64,000 nt of DNA, taken from positions 26,850-90,849 of the forward strand of contig JAZPYI010000045.1 in the NCBI GenBank assembly GCA_045544115.1, read 5' to 3'. The DNA is from Acutalibacteraceae bacterium (GTDB lineage Bacteria; Bacillota; Clostridia; Oscillospirales; Acutalibacteraceae). Below, one piece after another: positions 18,584 to 27,986 of this stretch; position 1 is the first letter of the stretch; each line of letters opens with the position of its first letter. Below the pieces are notes generated by a model that did not search any database, was not told the DNA's origin, and worked only from the letters and a program-made list of their open reading frames with translations. The position numbers and the translations under genes are program-made.

Positions 18584-18597
18584 ATTCTTTCCTCCTG

Positions 18598-19191
18598 TCA
18601 GGCAAACAAATTTGTATCGCTGAAGCCTGTAAACGCAAGCGAGAGCATGGCAACATAAAGAAACATTACGGGTGTTCCTTTGAATATCTCCGGAATGTTT
18701 TTGTTTTCTTCAAGCATATGCGAACCCATGCTGATAAGTGCCGCCGCAAGAACAAACGCGATGCCCGCACCTATGCCCGAACCGATGCTGTCCGCAAAGG
18801 AATATGCCGCCGAATGGTTTATATAGGGTACTGCAAGCACAAGTGTATTCAATGCCGCTATACCGAGTGTTCCGAGAAACTTCGGAGATACCTTGAATAT
18901 AAAACGTGCCGCAGCCGCAACGATAAGAAACACCGCTGCAAGAATGCCGCCGTAAACAGCAGCCCTCACCGCATAGGTAACATCCGCCATTGCGGGAATA
19001 CCGTCAATAAGACTGCAAAGAATGCTCGTCACAACAGAAAATCCCGAAATCATAACGGCAAATTTTCCGAAGATGCCTGGCTTTGTTGAAACACGGATTG
19101 CTTCACTCATGCCAAGACCCGAACTAAGAACAAGATTTTGAACAAAAACGGTATAAAGGGCAGTCATAAGCAAATCTGAGATTATTTTCAT
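18598..19191 (-). CDS. RnfA/RsxA-like membrane subunit (Cys ligands lost)
   Basis: FVQNLVLSSGLG and IP..FKG.P..FL...MLSLAF.GFS align with RnfA. Confidence 0.8.
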   Translation of the reverse strand: MKIISDLLMTALYTVFVQNLVLSSGLGMSEAIRVSTKPGIFGKFAVMISGFSVVTSILCSLIDGIPAMADVTYAVRAAVYGGILAAVFLIVAAAARFIFKVSPKFLGTLGIAALNTLVLAVPYINHSAAYSFADSIGSGIGAGIAFVLAAALISMGSHMLEENKNIPEIFKGTPVMFLYVAMLSLAFTGFSDTNLFA

Positions 19192-20030
19192 TGCTTATCC
19201 CCCTTTTCATAATAGTCTATGCCGAGAGATTTAAAGAAATCCTCGATATCCTCATGTACATCGGGTTTAATTTCCTCTTCAGTCTGCGGACGGATTTCTT
19301 CGGCGGGAGCAGGCTCCTCTGCAGGCTGTTCTGACCAAAACTCATCGAAAATTTCAACCTCGGTTGTGTTCTCATCAATAATTTCTTCAACAGGAATATC
19401 TTCTTCCTCTGTTTCCTCTTCTTCTCCGAGATATCTGTAATTCAGAAATGCTTTAAGACCGGCTGCAAGAAATCCGAGAAGAATAAGGCAGCCGAAGGGC
19501 ATCGCCATTCCTCTGAATATAACGGGAAGCTCAAGCTTTACTCCCGCAAGAGAGCCGCTGCCGAAGATTTCCCTTATCGAACCGACAAGAATCATAACCA
19601 CCGATGCACCTATGCTGACCGATGCTGCATCAAAAAACGCAAGCTTTACGGTGTTTTTAACCGCAAACTGCTCACAATGAACAGCCGTTACGGAATTAAT
19701 TGCAACAAGAGGAATATATATTTTCATGCCGAGGCTTATATTGATAAGGGTGTTTGTTTCCATATACCACAGCACGGGGCAAATAAGCGCAAGTCCTATA
19801 ACAAGATAAAGGGGAACTCGCACCCATCTGGGAATTTTCTTGAAAAGCGCACTTGCAATAACGCAGGTTACAATAAGAACAATGCAAAGAGCCGCCGAAA
19901 GTGCCACGGAACCCGCAAGAGTTGTTGATGCGGCAACCACTGGGCAGAGTCCTACAAGCTGAATAAGCACGGGATTGAAAATCAGTGCACCCTTTATAAG
20001 CATATCCTTGAAGGATATATTTTTATTCAT
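19188..20030 (-). CDS. RnfE/RsxE-like membrane subunit with acidic C-terminal tail
   Basis: NPVLIQLVGLCP, VRVPLY, IYIPLVAIN, GSIREIFG motifs. Confidence 0.82.
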   Translation of the reverse strand: MNKNISFKDMLIKGALIFNPVLIQLVGLCPVVAASTTLAGSVALSAALCIVLIVTCVIASALFKKIPRWVRVPLYLVIGLALICPVLWYMETNTLINISLGMKIYIPLVAINSVTAVHCEQFAVKNTVKLAFFDAASVSIGASVVMILVGSIREIFGSGSLAGVKLELPVIFRGMAMPFGCLILLGFLAAGLKAFLNYRYLGEEEETEEEDIPVEEIIDENTTEVEIFDEFWSEQPAEEPAPAEEIRPQTEEEIKPDVHEDIEDFFKSLGIDYYEKGDKQ

Positions 20031-20992
20031 TTTTCAGCCGCCTCCTTTCTCTTGAAGGAAACGGAAGGCAAAGCCTTGAAGGCGGAATCAAGCACAGGAC
20101 GCAAGCCGTTTGCAAGAAGAATTGCAAAGCACACGGTTTCCTCAAAAACTCCCGCGCCTCGCATAGCCATGCAGAGTATACCGCAGACCGCGCCGTAAAT
20201 CACTCTGTTTATTCCGCTGTGCGGCAGGGTTGCGTGGTCGGTCAGAAGAAATACTCCCGCAAACATAAGTGAGCCTGCGGAAAGCTCAAGAACAATGCTT
20301 GTAATTGCAGAGGCATTTATTCTCGGAAAAGCCACGGCATACACGGCGCAAGCCGCAACAAAACCGAGAGTGGCAAGCAGAGCCTTCCTTCTTCTTACAA
20401 AAAGATATACACAACAAGCAAGCATGAGTATACCGCAGCCCGTACCCATCGGACCTGCAACATTGCCCGCAATAATATCAAAAACATTGGCAGCGCTGAT
20501 ATGAACAGACTTGCCCTTCATAAGCATACTTCCGAGAGATTCCGCACCGAAAAGCTTCCCTTCGGAATTTGCTCCGTAATCAAAAACCGTATCCTTAAAG
20601 CATACACTTATAAATGCAAAAGCCGCAGCAGCAGGCACAAACGGTGCATGAAGCGCACCGCCAAAGGGAATTTTGACTGCAAGAACAGCAAACGCAGCTG
20701 CCGTTGCGGGCACATAAAGCGGTATACCCGCAGGAAGCATAAGTGCAATTGCAATACCGATAAAAATATTGCTGAAATCACGCAGATGAAATGATTTTCC
20801 GAGAATTGCTTTTGCTCCGAAATCGCAGGCAAGCGCAGTTATTATGCTTACTGCAGCAACGGATAAAAACTGCGCACCGTGATACCATGCTGCAACAAAG
20901 CACGGAGCGGCAAGCATGACAAGATAATCACCGAAAATCCGGGAGCTTTTTACCGTATTCTGTTTTGCGGCATTGTTAGCCAAGGCTGTCAC
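20027..20992 (-). CDS. RnfD/RsxD-like membrane subunit (FMN-Thr motif absent)
   Basis: GIAIALMLP, VKIPFGG...F.PA, GN.AG.MG, FLLTD...P, YG...G, FAILLAN motifs; alternative TTG start 20983. Confidence 0.82.
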   Translation of the reverse strand: MTALANNAAKQNTVKSSRIFGDYLVMLAAPCFVAAWYHGAQFLSVAAVSIITALACDFGAKAILGKSFHLRDFSNIFIGIAIALMLPAGIPLYVPATAAAFAVLAVKIPFGGALHAPFVPAAAAFAFISVCFKDTVFDYGANSEGKLFGAESLGSMLMKGKSVHISAANVFDIIAGNVAGPMGTGCGILMLACCVYLFVRRRKALLATLGFVAACAVYAVAFPRINASAITSIVLELSAGSLMFAGVFLLTDHATLPHSGINRVIYGAVCGILCMAMRGAGVFEETVCFAILLANGLRPVLDSAFKALPSVSFKRKEAAEK

Positions 20993-21078
20993 CTCTGAAA
21001 TTCCATTATTTATTCATTGCATACCGCCACGGAAAAACATATTATTATAGTAAACGATTTTTGCAAGGAGGCGGCAAT

Positions 21079-21648
21079 ATGAAAATTAATTCCCCTGCCG
21101 AGGATAAGATAATAGTTGACTTAAGCGAGCAGGATTTGCTCGGTTTGAATATTACATATGAGGAAATGGATTATTCCACGATAGAAACACGCAGAGTTAT
21201 CTGGACCGTACTTGACGAAGCAGGCAAAGCATTGGGCAGAGAGCTTGACCCGTCACGCAGAATGATAATCGAAGCATCCCCTAAACGTGACGGCGGCTGC
21301 ACCCTGAGCTTTACCATGCTTGACGGCAGAAAATCCGTTGGTATTCAAAAACAGTTCCTGAAAAAACAGGAGAAAAACATTATCTGCGAGTTTGAAAATG
21401 CCGATATGCTCATGAGAGCGGCGGAATGCCTTGAAGAGCTTAAGCTTCATATGCAGAGCAGCCTTTATGAGCTTGGCGGAAAATACCGTCTGCTTTTAAG
21501 CGGAAATGAGGATATTCCGAAAATCAGACAAAGCTGCTCCGAATTCGGAACCTCGGAAAGCTGCTCCGAGCTTGTCTGCTGTTTCACAAAGGAGCATTGG
21601 AAGGAGCTTGTTTCCGAAAATGCCATCGGTAAAATTCTCAACCGATAA
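21079..21648 (+). CDS. mecA: adaptor protein MecA-like
   Basis: MKI....DKIIVDLS..DL, MIIEASP, EFENAD..M, SLY..GKYRLLL, SEFG; ggagg RBS. Confidence 0.75.
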   Translation: MKINSPAEDKIIVDLSEQDLLGLNITYEEMDYSTIETRRVIWTVLDEAGKALGRELDPSRRMIIEASPKRDGGCTLSFTMLDGRKSVGIQKQFLKKQEKNIICEFENADMLMRAAECLEELKLHMQSSLYELGGKYRLLLSGNEDIPKIRQSCSEFGTSESCSELVCCFTKEHWKELVSENAIGKILNR

Positions 21649-22306
21649 AAGCATTTTGTGCAAGACTTCTCAAATTTTCAATAGCCTTTGATGCATCATC
21701 GGCGCCGAAAACGGCACTGCCGGCTACAAAAACATTTGCACCTGCTGCGGCGGCTGTTTCAACGGTTTTTTCGTTGATACCGCCATCAACCTGAATATCC
21801 GTTGAAAGACCTCTGCGTTTGATTTCGGCACGCAGGGTCTTTATTTTATCCATTGTTTCGGGCATAAATGACTGACCGCCGAAGCCCGGCTCAACTGTCA
21901 TAACCAAAACCATATCAAGCTTATCAAGATAAGGGAAAACCACCTCGGCGGGTGTTTTCGGCTTGATGCTTATTCCTGCCTTGCAGCCGCAGGCGATAAT
22001 CTTATCAACCGTTTCTTCTGCAGGCGATGAGCTTTCGATATGGAAAACAATCATATCCGCACCTGATTTTTTGAAATCCTCAATATAATCAAGCGGTGTA
22101 TCTATCATAAGATGAACATCAAAAACAAGATTTGTTTTGTTTCTTATGCTCTTGATAACTGGCGCACCAAAGGTAATATTCGGCACAAATCTGCCGTCCA
22201 TAACATCAAGATGAAGGTAATCCGCACCGCACTCCTCCATTCTCTTTGCTTCTGCGCCGAGAGATGAGAAGTCGCTTGCAAGCACCGACGGAGAAATTTT
22301 AATCAT
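21638..22306 (-). CDS. rpe: ribulose-phosphate 3-epimerase
   Basis: SPSVL, HLDVMDG.FVPN, DVHLM, MTVEPGFGGQ, VDGGI. Confidence 0.96.
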   Translation of the reverse strand: MIKISPSVLASDFSSLGAEAKRMEECGADYLHLDVMDGRFVPNITFGAPVIKSIRNKTNLVFDVHLMIDTPLDYIEDFKKSGADMIVFHIESSSPAEETVDKIIACGCKAGISIKPKTPAEVVFPYLDKLDMVLVMTVEPGFGGQSFMPETMDKIKTLRAEIKRRGLSTDIQVDGGINEKTVETAAAAGANVFVAGSAVFGADDASKAIENLRSLAQNAFIG

Positions 22307-22406
22307 GGGATATTCCCCCTTTTTTAATCACCTAATTTAATTGATATATTATAACAGTTTTTATTATTAAGGTCAATGATATAAATATTAATTTATTTTA
22401 AAATAT

Positions 22407-22438
22407 AACAACCCGCCGAAAAAAATCAGCGGGTTGTT
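22407..22438. repeat. palindromic terminator element, copy 1
   Basis: aacaacccgccgaaaaaaatcagcgggttgtt, near-identical to 52165-52193. Confidence 0.6.
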
Positions 22439-22443
22439 TCGTT

Positions 22444-23394
22444 TTACATCATTTTATTGATGATTCTGTCAACACCTTTTTCCTCAACGGTAAAGGCTGC
22501 GATATAGCTTGTAATCTCCTGTTCGGAGGTGTCGGAATAAAGGTCACTTATGCATGAGGTACGGTAATTTACATATATCTCTTCGCCCTTATCCTGAAGA
22601 CTTTCCTTCACTACGGCAAAAACACACTCGTCATATTCCAGAATCTGAACCGTGCCTTTATCCTGAGCATAAACCTTTTCAAAAAAGCCCGCAGGATATC
22701 CGTCGGAATATTTTTTCAGAATAATCGAATCGGAAAGTGTGTAACCCGCTGCGGTTACGGCTTCGGAAAACTTTTCCGTATCAACGGCAACCTTCTGCTC
22801 CATTGCCTTAAAAGCTTCAATAACCGCATTCTTTTCCGCCTGCGGCATTACCGAGCCGTCAGGAGCGGTAAAATAAGCACATACCGTACGGAAGCTTACA
22901 TAATTGGAATAGAAATAATCCTTAAGTTCTTTTTCCGCCGCCGCATTTTCAATTCCTCTGTCATAAGTAGCCGTAAAAATAGCATCTCTGTATGCATCGG
23001 AGGTCATAATTTTGGTAAGAGTCTGCTTTGAAACACCTATTTCGTTATAGTGATTTTCAAAACGTGTCCAAAAATGATTGACATTGTCTGAAATCCCCAC
23101 CTTATCAGCGGCGGAAAGGGTAAGCCCCTTGTCACGAAAACTTGTATTTGCGGCAATATACTTCTTGCATTCGTCAATCGCAGTCTGCTTAACAAGCTTC
23201 TTTTCGGGGTTCTCCGCAAGACCGTAATCCGCAGGCCGCTGAATAACCTTGTCAAGATAATAGGTAAAAACCTCGCTGTCAATCTTCGTTCCGGAAATTA
23301 TAAGCACCGTCTTTTTGTCCGAGGCACAGGAAGCCAATGACAATAAAATCATAACGGCAAGAATCACCGAAAATAATTTTTTCATAACATACAC
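22444..23394 (-). CDS. lipoprotein, SurA-N/PrsA-like
   Basis: Lipobox LSLASC; EVFTYYL, GVSKQTL helical foldase-like segments. Confidence 0.5.
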   Translation of the reverse strand: MYVMKKLFSVILAVMILLSLASCASDKKTVLIISGTKIDSEVFTYYLDKVIQRPADYGLAENPEKKLVKQTAIDECKKYIAANTSFRDKGLTLSAADKVGISDNVNHFWTRFENHYNEIGVSKQTLTKIMTSDAYRDAIFTATYDRGIENAAAEKELKDYFYSNYVSFRTVCAYFTAPDGSVMPQAEKNAVIEAFKAMEQKVAVDTEKFSEAVTAAGYTLSDSIILKKYSDGYPAGFFEKVYAQDKGTVQILEYDECVFAVVKESLQDKGEEIYVNYRTSCISDLYSDTSEQEITSYIAAFTVEEKGVDRIINKMM

Positions 23395-23548
23395 CCATTT
23401 CTTTGATATGACGCAATTATATCATAAAAATTGCCCTTTATCAATGAAATGCAAAAAATACATCAAAAAAATTTAAAAAATGTCTTTATTCCTTTGAAAT
23501 AATGTTGTATAATCATATTGTATCAAAATAATCTACGGGGTGAAAACA

Positions 23549-23884
23549 ATGGAAAAAATCAAAATTAAAATTGCCAACGAAGAATATAACATCATGACCG
23601 ACGATAACCTTGATTATGTTGCACAGCTTGGTGACGAGCTTGACAAAAAGCTCACCGCCATTATTACCAACAATTCAAGAATTTCCGTAACTCAGGCTGC
23701 AATTCTCTCTGCTCTCGAGTATGCCGATGCTGCAAAAAAGTGCGAAATCACGGCAGAAAACCTCAGAAACCAGATTCAGGATTACCTTGAAGAATCCGCA
23801 AGAGCAAGAACCGACGTTGAAATCATGAAAAGAGAAAACGAAAGACTCATGAAGGAAATCGCTTCTCTTAAGGCTGCTAAATAA
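23549..23884 (+). CDS. zapA: cell division protein ZapA
   Basis: IKIANEEYNI..D...Y...L...LD.K..., AAILSALEYAD, coiled-coil C-terminus. Confidence 0.85.
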   Translation: MEKIKIKIANEEYNIMTDDNLDYVAQLGDELDKKLTAIITNNSRISVTQAAILSALEYADAAKKCEITAENLRNQIQDYLEESARARTDVEIMKRENERLMKEIASLKAAK

Positions 23885-23885
23885 A

Positions 23886-25934
23886 ATGGCGGCTGAAATT
23901 CTTGCACCTGCAGGCTCGTTTGATGCCCTGACCGCCGCAGTAAGATGCGGTGCAAACGCGGTTTATCTCGGCATTAAATCTCTCAATGCCCGCAGAAACG
24001 CAGCCAATTTCTCCGATGAAGAACTTAAAAAGGCTGCAGAATACTGCCACGAAAGAAATGTTAAGGTGTATCTTACTCTTAACACTCTCATGAGCGATAA
24101 CGAAAAAGAAATTGCATATAAAGCAATCGAGTGCGCCTGCAATGCTTCTGTAGACGCACTTATTTTGCAGGATATCGGACTTGCTTCAATGGTGAGGCAG
24201 GTCGCTCCCGATATGCCCCTGCACGCATCAACGCAAATGTCCGTGCAGAGCATTGAAGGCATCAGAATGCTTGAAAAGCTCGGTTTTTCGAGAGCTGTTC
24301 TGCCCCGTGAGCTTTCCGAAAAAGAAATAAAATCAATCTCTTCACAGACCGATATGGAGCTTGAATGCTTCGTTCACGGTGCGCTGTGTATGTGCGTTTC
24401 AGGTCAGTGCCTCATGAGTGCGATGCTTGGCGGAAGAAGCGGCAACAGAGGTCTTTGCGCCCAGCCGTGCAGGCTTCCCTTCGGTATAAACGGCAAGGGC
24501 GGCAGCAATCTGAGCCTTAAAGATTTGTCGCTTGTCAATGAGCTTTCAAGGCTTGAAAAAGCCGGAGTCTGTTCCTTCAAAATCGAAGGAAGAATGAAGC
24601 GCCCCGAATATGTTGCGGCAGCGGTAACCGCCTGCAAAAACAGCATTAATAAAACTCCCGATGAAGAGCTGAACCGTTCGCTTCATGCGGTCTTTTCCCG
24701 CTCGGGCTTTACAAAAGGCTATTTTGAAGAAAAACTCGGCAAGGAAATGTTCGGAACAAGGCGAAAAGAAGATGTTGAAAATGCAGCTCCCGTGCTTTCC
24801 GGTCTGCAAAGACTCTACGACAATGAAAATCCTCTTATCCCTGTTGATTTTTCGCTTGTTTTCAGGTCCGGTGAACCTGCAAGACTTACCGTTTCCGCAC
24901 TCGGGAAATCGGCAGAGGCAGTCTGTGAAAAAGCACCCGAAAAGGCGATAAACAAGCCTCTGAGCCGTGAGGATTTGAGCGACAGACTCTCAAAATGCGG
25001 CGGCACACAGTTTTATGCAAAAAACATTGACATAGATTTTGAGAACGGTCTTATCATTTCCGCAGGCACTCTCAATGCCCTTCGCAGAGATGCACTTTCA
25101 GCACTCTCAAACGCACTTTCAAGAAGGAAAAATATTTCTGCAAACGAATATAAGCAGAGCTTTTCTCGCCATAAAGCGCAGTCATTTTTGCTTCACGCAA
25201 GATTTTTCAATGAGGAACAAATTCCCGAGGATTTAAGCGGAATTTCAAGGATGATTATTCCCGTCGAAGCCTCTCCGACAACGGTGAAATCCCTTATTTC
25301 TCAAGGGGTTGAGGTTGCAGTCGAAATTCCCGCCGCTGTTTTCGGAAATTCCGAAAAATATATTGAGAAGCTCATCAAATTAAAAGAAAACGGTCTTTCG
25401 CTTGCATGGACAACCACACTTGACGGAGTGGGTATCGCCGAAAAGGCAGGGCTTGATTTCTGCTCAGGCTTCGGCATGAACATATATAATAGTATATCGT
25501 TAAGTGAAATCAAATCGCTTGGAGGTAAGGACTGTCTCGTTTCATGTGAAGCACAGATGAACGATATTTCCCGTCTCGGCGGCGACATTCCGAGAGGAAT
25601 CATGATTTACGGCAGAATCCCACTGATGATGACCCGCAACTGTCCGATAAAAAATAAAATTACTTGTGCAGAATGTCAGCAAAAGAGTTTTCTCGTCGAC
25701 CGCATGGGGATTAAATTTCCCGTCATCTGCAAAAACGGAGCAAGCTTCATTCTCAATTCCCGCCCGTTATGGATTGCCGATAAGAAAAACGAGATGAAAT
25801 GCCTCGATTACGGTTTGATTTATTTCACAAACGAAAGCAAGGATGAGTGCCGAAAAATCATTTCCGAGGTAAAAACAGGTGCAAATCCCCCCGAAGAATT
25901 TACAAGAGGTATGTACTTTAAAGGAGTTTTATAA
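23886..25934 (+). CDS. U32 family protein with C-terminal extension (RlhA-like RNA hydroxylase)
   Basis: EILAPAGS, HASTQM, ECFVHGALC...SGQC, NRGLCAQPCR, KIEGRMK. Confidence 0.85.
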   Translation: MAAEILAPAGSFDALTAAVRCGANAVYLGIKSLNARRNAANFSDEELKKAAEYCHERNVKVYLTLNTLMSDNEKEIAYKAIECACNASVDALILQDIGLASMVRQVAPDMPLHASTQMSVQSIEGIRMLEKLGFSRAVLPRELSEKEIKSISSQTDMELECFVHGALCMCVSGQCLMSAMLGGRSGNRGLCAQPCRLPFGINGKGGSNLSLKDLSLVNELSRLEKAGVCSFKIEGRMKRPEYVAAAVTACKNSINKTPDEELNRSLHAVFSRSGFTKGYFEEKLGKEMFGTRRKEDVENAAPVLSGLQRLYDNENPLIPVDFSLVFRSGEPARLTVSALGKSAEAVCEKAPEKAINKPLSREDLSDRLSKCGGTQFYAKNIDIDFENGLIISAGTLNALRRDALSALSNALSRRKNISANEYKQSFSRHKAQSFLLHARFFNEEQIPEDLSGISRMIIPVEASPTTVKSLISQGVEVAVEIPAAVFGNSEKYIEKLIKLKENGLSLAWTTTLDGVGIAEKAGLDFCSGFGMNIYNSISLSEIKSLGGKDCLVSCEAQMNDISRLGGDIPRGIMIYGRIPLMMTRNCPIKNKITCAECQQKSFLVDRMGIKFPVICKNGASFILNSRPLWIADKKNEMKCLDYGLIYFTNESKDECRKIISEVKTGANPPEEFTRGMYFKGVL

Positions 25935-26046
25935 AAAATATAACAATATATATGTCGATTACGGCAAAATTTTCGCTCGAAGCACAATATATATCAAACG
26001 CATATATATCAACGGATTACAACGTAAAATTTTTCAAAAAAAGTTC

Positions 26047-26075
26047 TTGACTGCAGTTGACGATTGTGTTATTAT
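26047..26075 (+). promoter_or_regulatory. sigmaA promoter of rpmG-secE-nusG operon
   Basis: TTGACT (26047-52), 17 bp, TG-n-TATTAT (26070-75). Confidence 0.65.
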
Positions 26076-26212
26076 AGTCGTACCTCTGCAAGAGGGTTCT
26101 TTTTTTGTGCCCGAAAACAAAATGTTACGCAGAGGGAGGCCTGGCTCTGTTTCAGGTTGCCTGATAGACCCGATTTTCAGGGCTAAATATTCCAAAAATG
26201 GAGGTGCCGCAC

Positions 26213-26377
26213 ATGGCTGCTAACGGTAAAAGAGTAAAAATTACACTTTCTTGCACCGAATGCAAACAGCGCAATTACAACACAATGAAAAACAAGCAGA
26301 ACACACCCGACAGGCTGGAGATGAACAAGTACTGCCGTTTTTGCAGGAAGCATACTCTCCACAAAGAAACCAAATAA
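26213..26377 (+). CDS. rpmG: 50S ribosomal protein L33 (Zn-ribbon type), not in ORF track
   Basis: [54 protein letters not shown]. Confidence 0.96.
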   Translation: MAANGKRVKITLSCTECKQRNYNTMKNKQNTPDRLEMNKYCRFCRKHTLHKETK

Positions 26378-26398
26378 TTAAGCGGGAGGATTTAACCT

Positions 26399-26809
26399 AT
26401 GGCTAAAAAGGAAGTTTCCCAAGCAGCAGAAAAGGTTGCCGCCGCTGAAAAGCAGAAGGAAAAAAAACCTGCTAATCCCAATGGTAATATCTTCGTAAGA
26501 GCCGGCAAGGCAATCAAAAAGTTCTGCAAGGACATCAAAGGCGAAACAAAGAAGATTGTTTGGCCCGATGCAAAGACCGTCTTGAAGTCAACCGCAGTTG
26601 TTCTCGTAGTGGTTCTCGTTTGTGCAATCGCAATTTTTGCAATTGACCAGCTTCTCGCTCTTCTCCTTTCACTCCTCGAAAGAGCTGCTGAATCGGTTGG
26701 CAAAGCTGACGCATCAAACGTTGCTGAGGTTGCAACAACAGTTGCAAATGCAGTTGCCGACCACGGTGACCATACTCACGTTGCAGGAATGATTAACAGC
26801 ATTCGCTGA
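26399..26809 (+). CDS. secE: preprotein translocase subunit SecE with C-terminal extension
   Basis: E.KKIVWP motif plus TM; located between rpmG and nusG. Confidence 0.92.
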   Translation: MAKKEVSQAAEKVAAAEKQKEKKPANPNGNIFVRAGKAIKKFCKDIKGETKKIVWPDAKTVLKSTAVVLVVVLVCAIAIFAIDQLLALLLSLLERAAESVGKADASNVAEVATTVANAVADHGDHTHVAGMINSIR

Positions 26810-26825
26810 GACAGGAGGTTTCCGA

Positions 26826-27374
26826 ATGTCTATCGACACAAGATGGTATGTAGTTCATACCTATTCGGGTTATGAAAACAAGGTTGCGACCAATATTGAA
26901 AAGATGGTCGAAAACCGCAGAATGCAGGATCAGATTTTAGAGGTCAAAATCCCGACCGAAACCGTAACGGATGTTGAGAAAAAGAAAGAGGTTGAGCGCA
27001 AGCTTTTCCCCGGATATGTTCTCGTCAAGGTTGCAGTTTCACCCGATAAGGACAACCGTCCCGCTATGAGCGATGAAACATGGCTCCTTATCCGTAACAC
27101 AAGAGGTGTTACAGGGTTTGTAGGTCCTGAAAACAAGGCAATACCTCTTACCGATGAAGAAGTTATCAGGCTCGGAGTCGAGAAGAGAAGTGTTGAAGTT
27201 TCTTATAATGTTGGCGATACCGTCAATATCATTGATGAAATTTTCGACGGCTTCAGCGGTGTTGTTGAGGAAATCGACGTTGATAATAACCTTGTTAAGG
27301 TTACGGTTTCCGCTCTCTTTGGCAAACAGACAACTGTCGAGCTTGAGCTTGACCAGGTTGAGCTTGCCGAATAA
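26826..27374 (+). CDS. nusG: transcription factor NusG
   Basis: WYVVHTYSGYE, FPGYVLV, RNTRGVTGFVG, KOW domain. Confidence 0.96.
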   Translation: MSIDTRWYVVHTYSGYENKVATNIEKMVENRRMQDQILEVKIPTETVTDVEKKKEVERKLFPGYVLVKVAVSPDKDNRPAMSDETWLLIRNTRGVTGFVGPENKAIPLTDEEVIRLGVEKRSVEVSYNVGDTVNIIDEIFDGFSGVVEEIDVDNNLVKVTVSALFGKQTTVELELDQVELAE

Positions 27375-27448
27375 TCACGGTAATTTGAGGGTTTATCCCT
27401 TTCAAATTTAGCGCTTTTTGCGCAGTCCCGCTAATTTGCGTGGGCTTC

Positions 27449-27482
27449 GTGGGAGGAGCCAAAGGCTCCGCAATTTACCACA
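27449..27482 (+). promoter_or_regulatory. L1-binding (L11/L1 leader) site upstream of rplK
   Basis: gtgggagg..hairpin..accac kink-turn-like L1 site pattern. Confidence 0.65.
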
Positions 27483-27501
27483 ATTTATGGAGGTTTTAAT
27501 T

Positions 27502-27927
27502 ATGGCACAGAAAGTAGTTGGCTTAATTAAGTTGCAGATTCCCGCAGGTAAGGCAACACCCGCTCCCCCTGTAGGTCCTGCTCTCGGTCAGCACGGCGTT
27601 AACATTATGGCTTTCACAAAGGAATTCAATGAGCGCACAAAGAACGACATGGGTCTTATCATCCCTGTTGTTATCACTGTTTACGCTGACCGTACATTCA
27701 GCTTCATCACAAAGACCCCGCCCGCAGCAGTCCTCATTAAGAAGGCTTGCGGTATCGAAAGCGGTTCGGGCGTTCCCAACAAGACCAAGGTTGCAACAAT
27801 CTCTCAGGAACAGATTCGCAAGATTGCCGAGCAGAAGATGCCCGACCTCAATGCTGCTTCCGTTGAAACAGCTATGAGCATGATCGCCGGTACAGCTCGT
27901 TCAATGGGTGTTACCGTAACTGACTGA
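27502..27927 (+). CDS. rplK: 50S ribosomal protein L11
   Basis: [23 protein letters not shown]; ATG 27502 with ggagg RBS. Confidence 0.97.
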   Translation: MAQKVVGLIKLQIPAGKATPAPPVGPALGQHGVNIMAFTKEFNERTKNDMGLIIPVVITVYADRTFSFITKTPPAAVLIKKACGIESGSGVPNKTKVATISQEQIRKIAEQKMPDLNAASVETAMSMIAGTARSMGVTVTD

Positions 27928-27936
27928 TTTGCAAAC

Positions 27937-27964
27937 TGTGGGAGGAAAAATCCGATTAACCACA
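27937..27964 (+). promoter_or_regulatory. second L1-binding site upstream of rplA
   Basis: tgtgggagga..tcc..accaca. Confidence 0.6.
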
Positions 27965-27986
27965 TCTTTGGGAGGAATTAATTAAC

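Noticed and set aside
25945-26015. Three atatatat(c/g) direct repeats
   Set aside because: Low-complexity AT sequence with irregular spacing; not a CRISPR array or iteron set.
26081-26140. Terminator/antiterminator switch in the rpmG leader (cctct/agagg + T tract versus downstream gcagagg)
   Set aside because: The stem is only 5 bp, and the competing sequence lies downstream of the U tract, so it cannot act co-transcriptionally.
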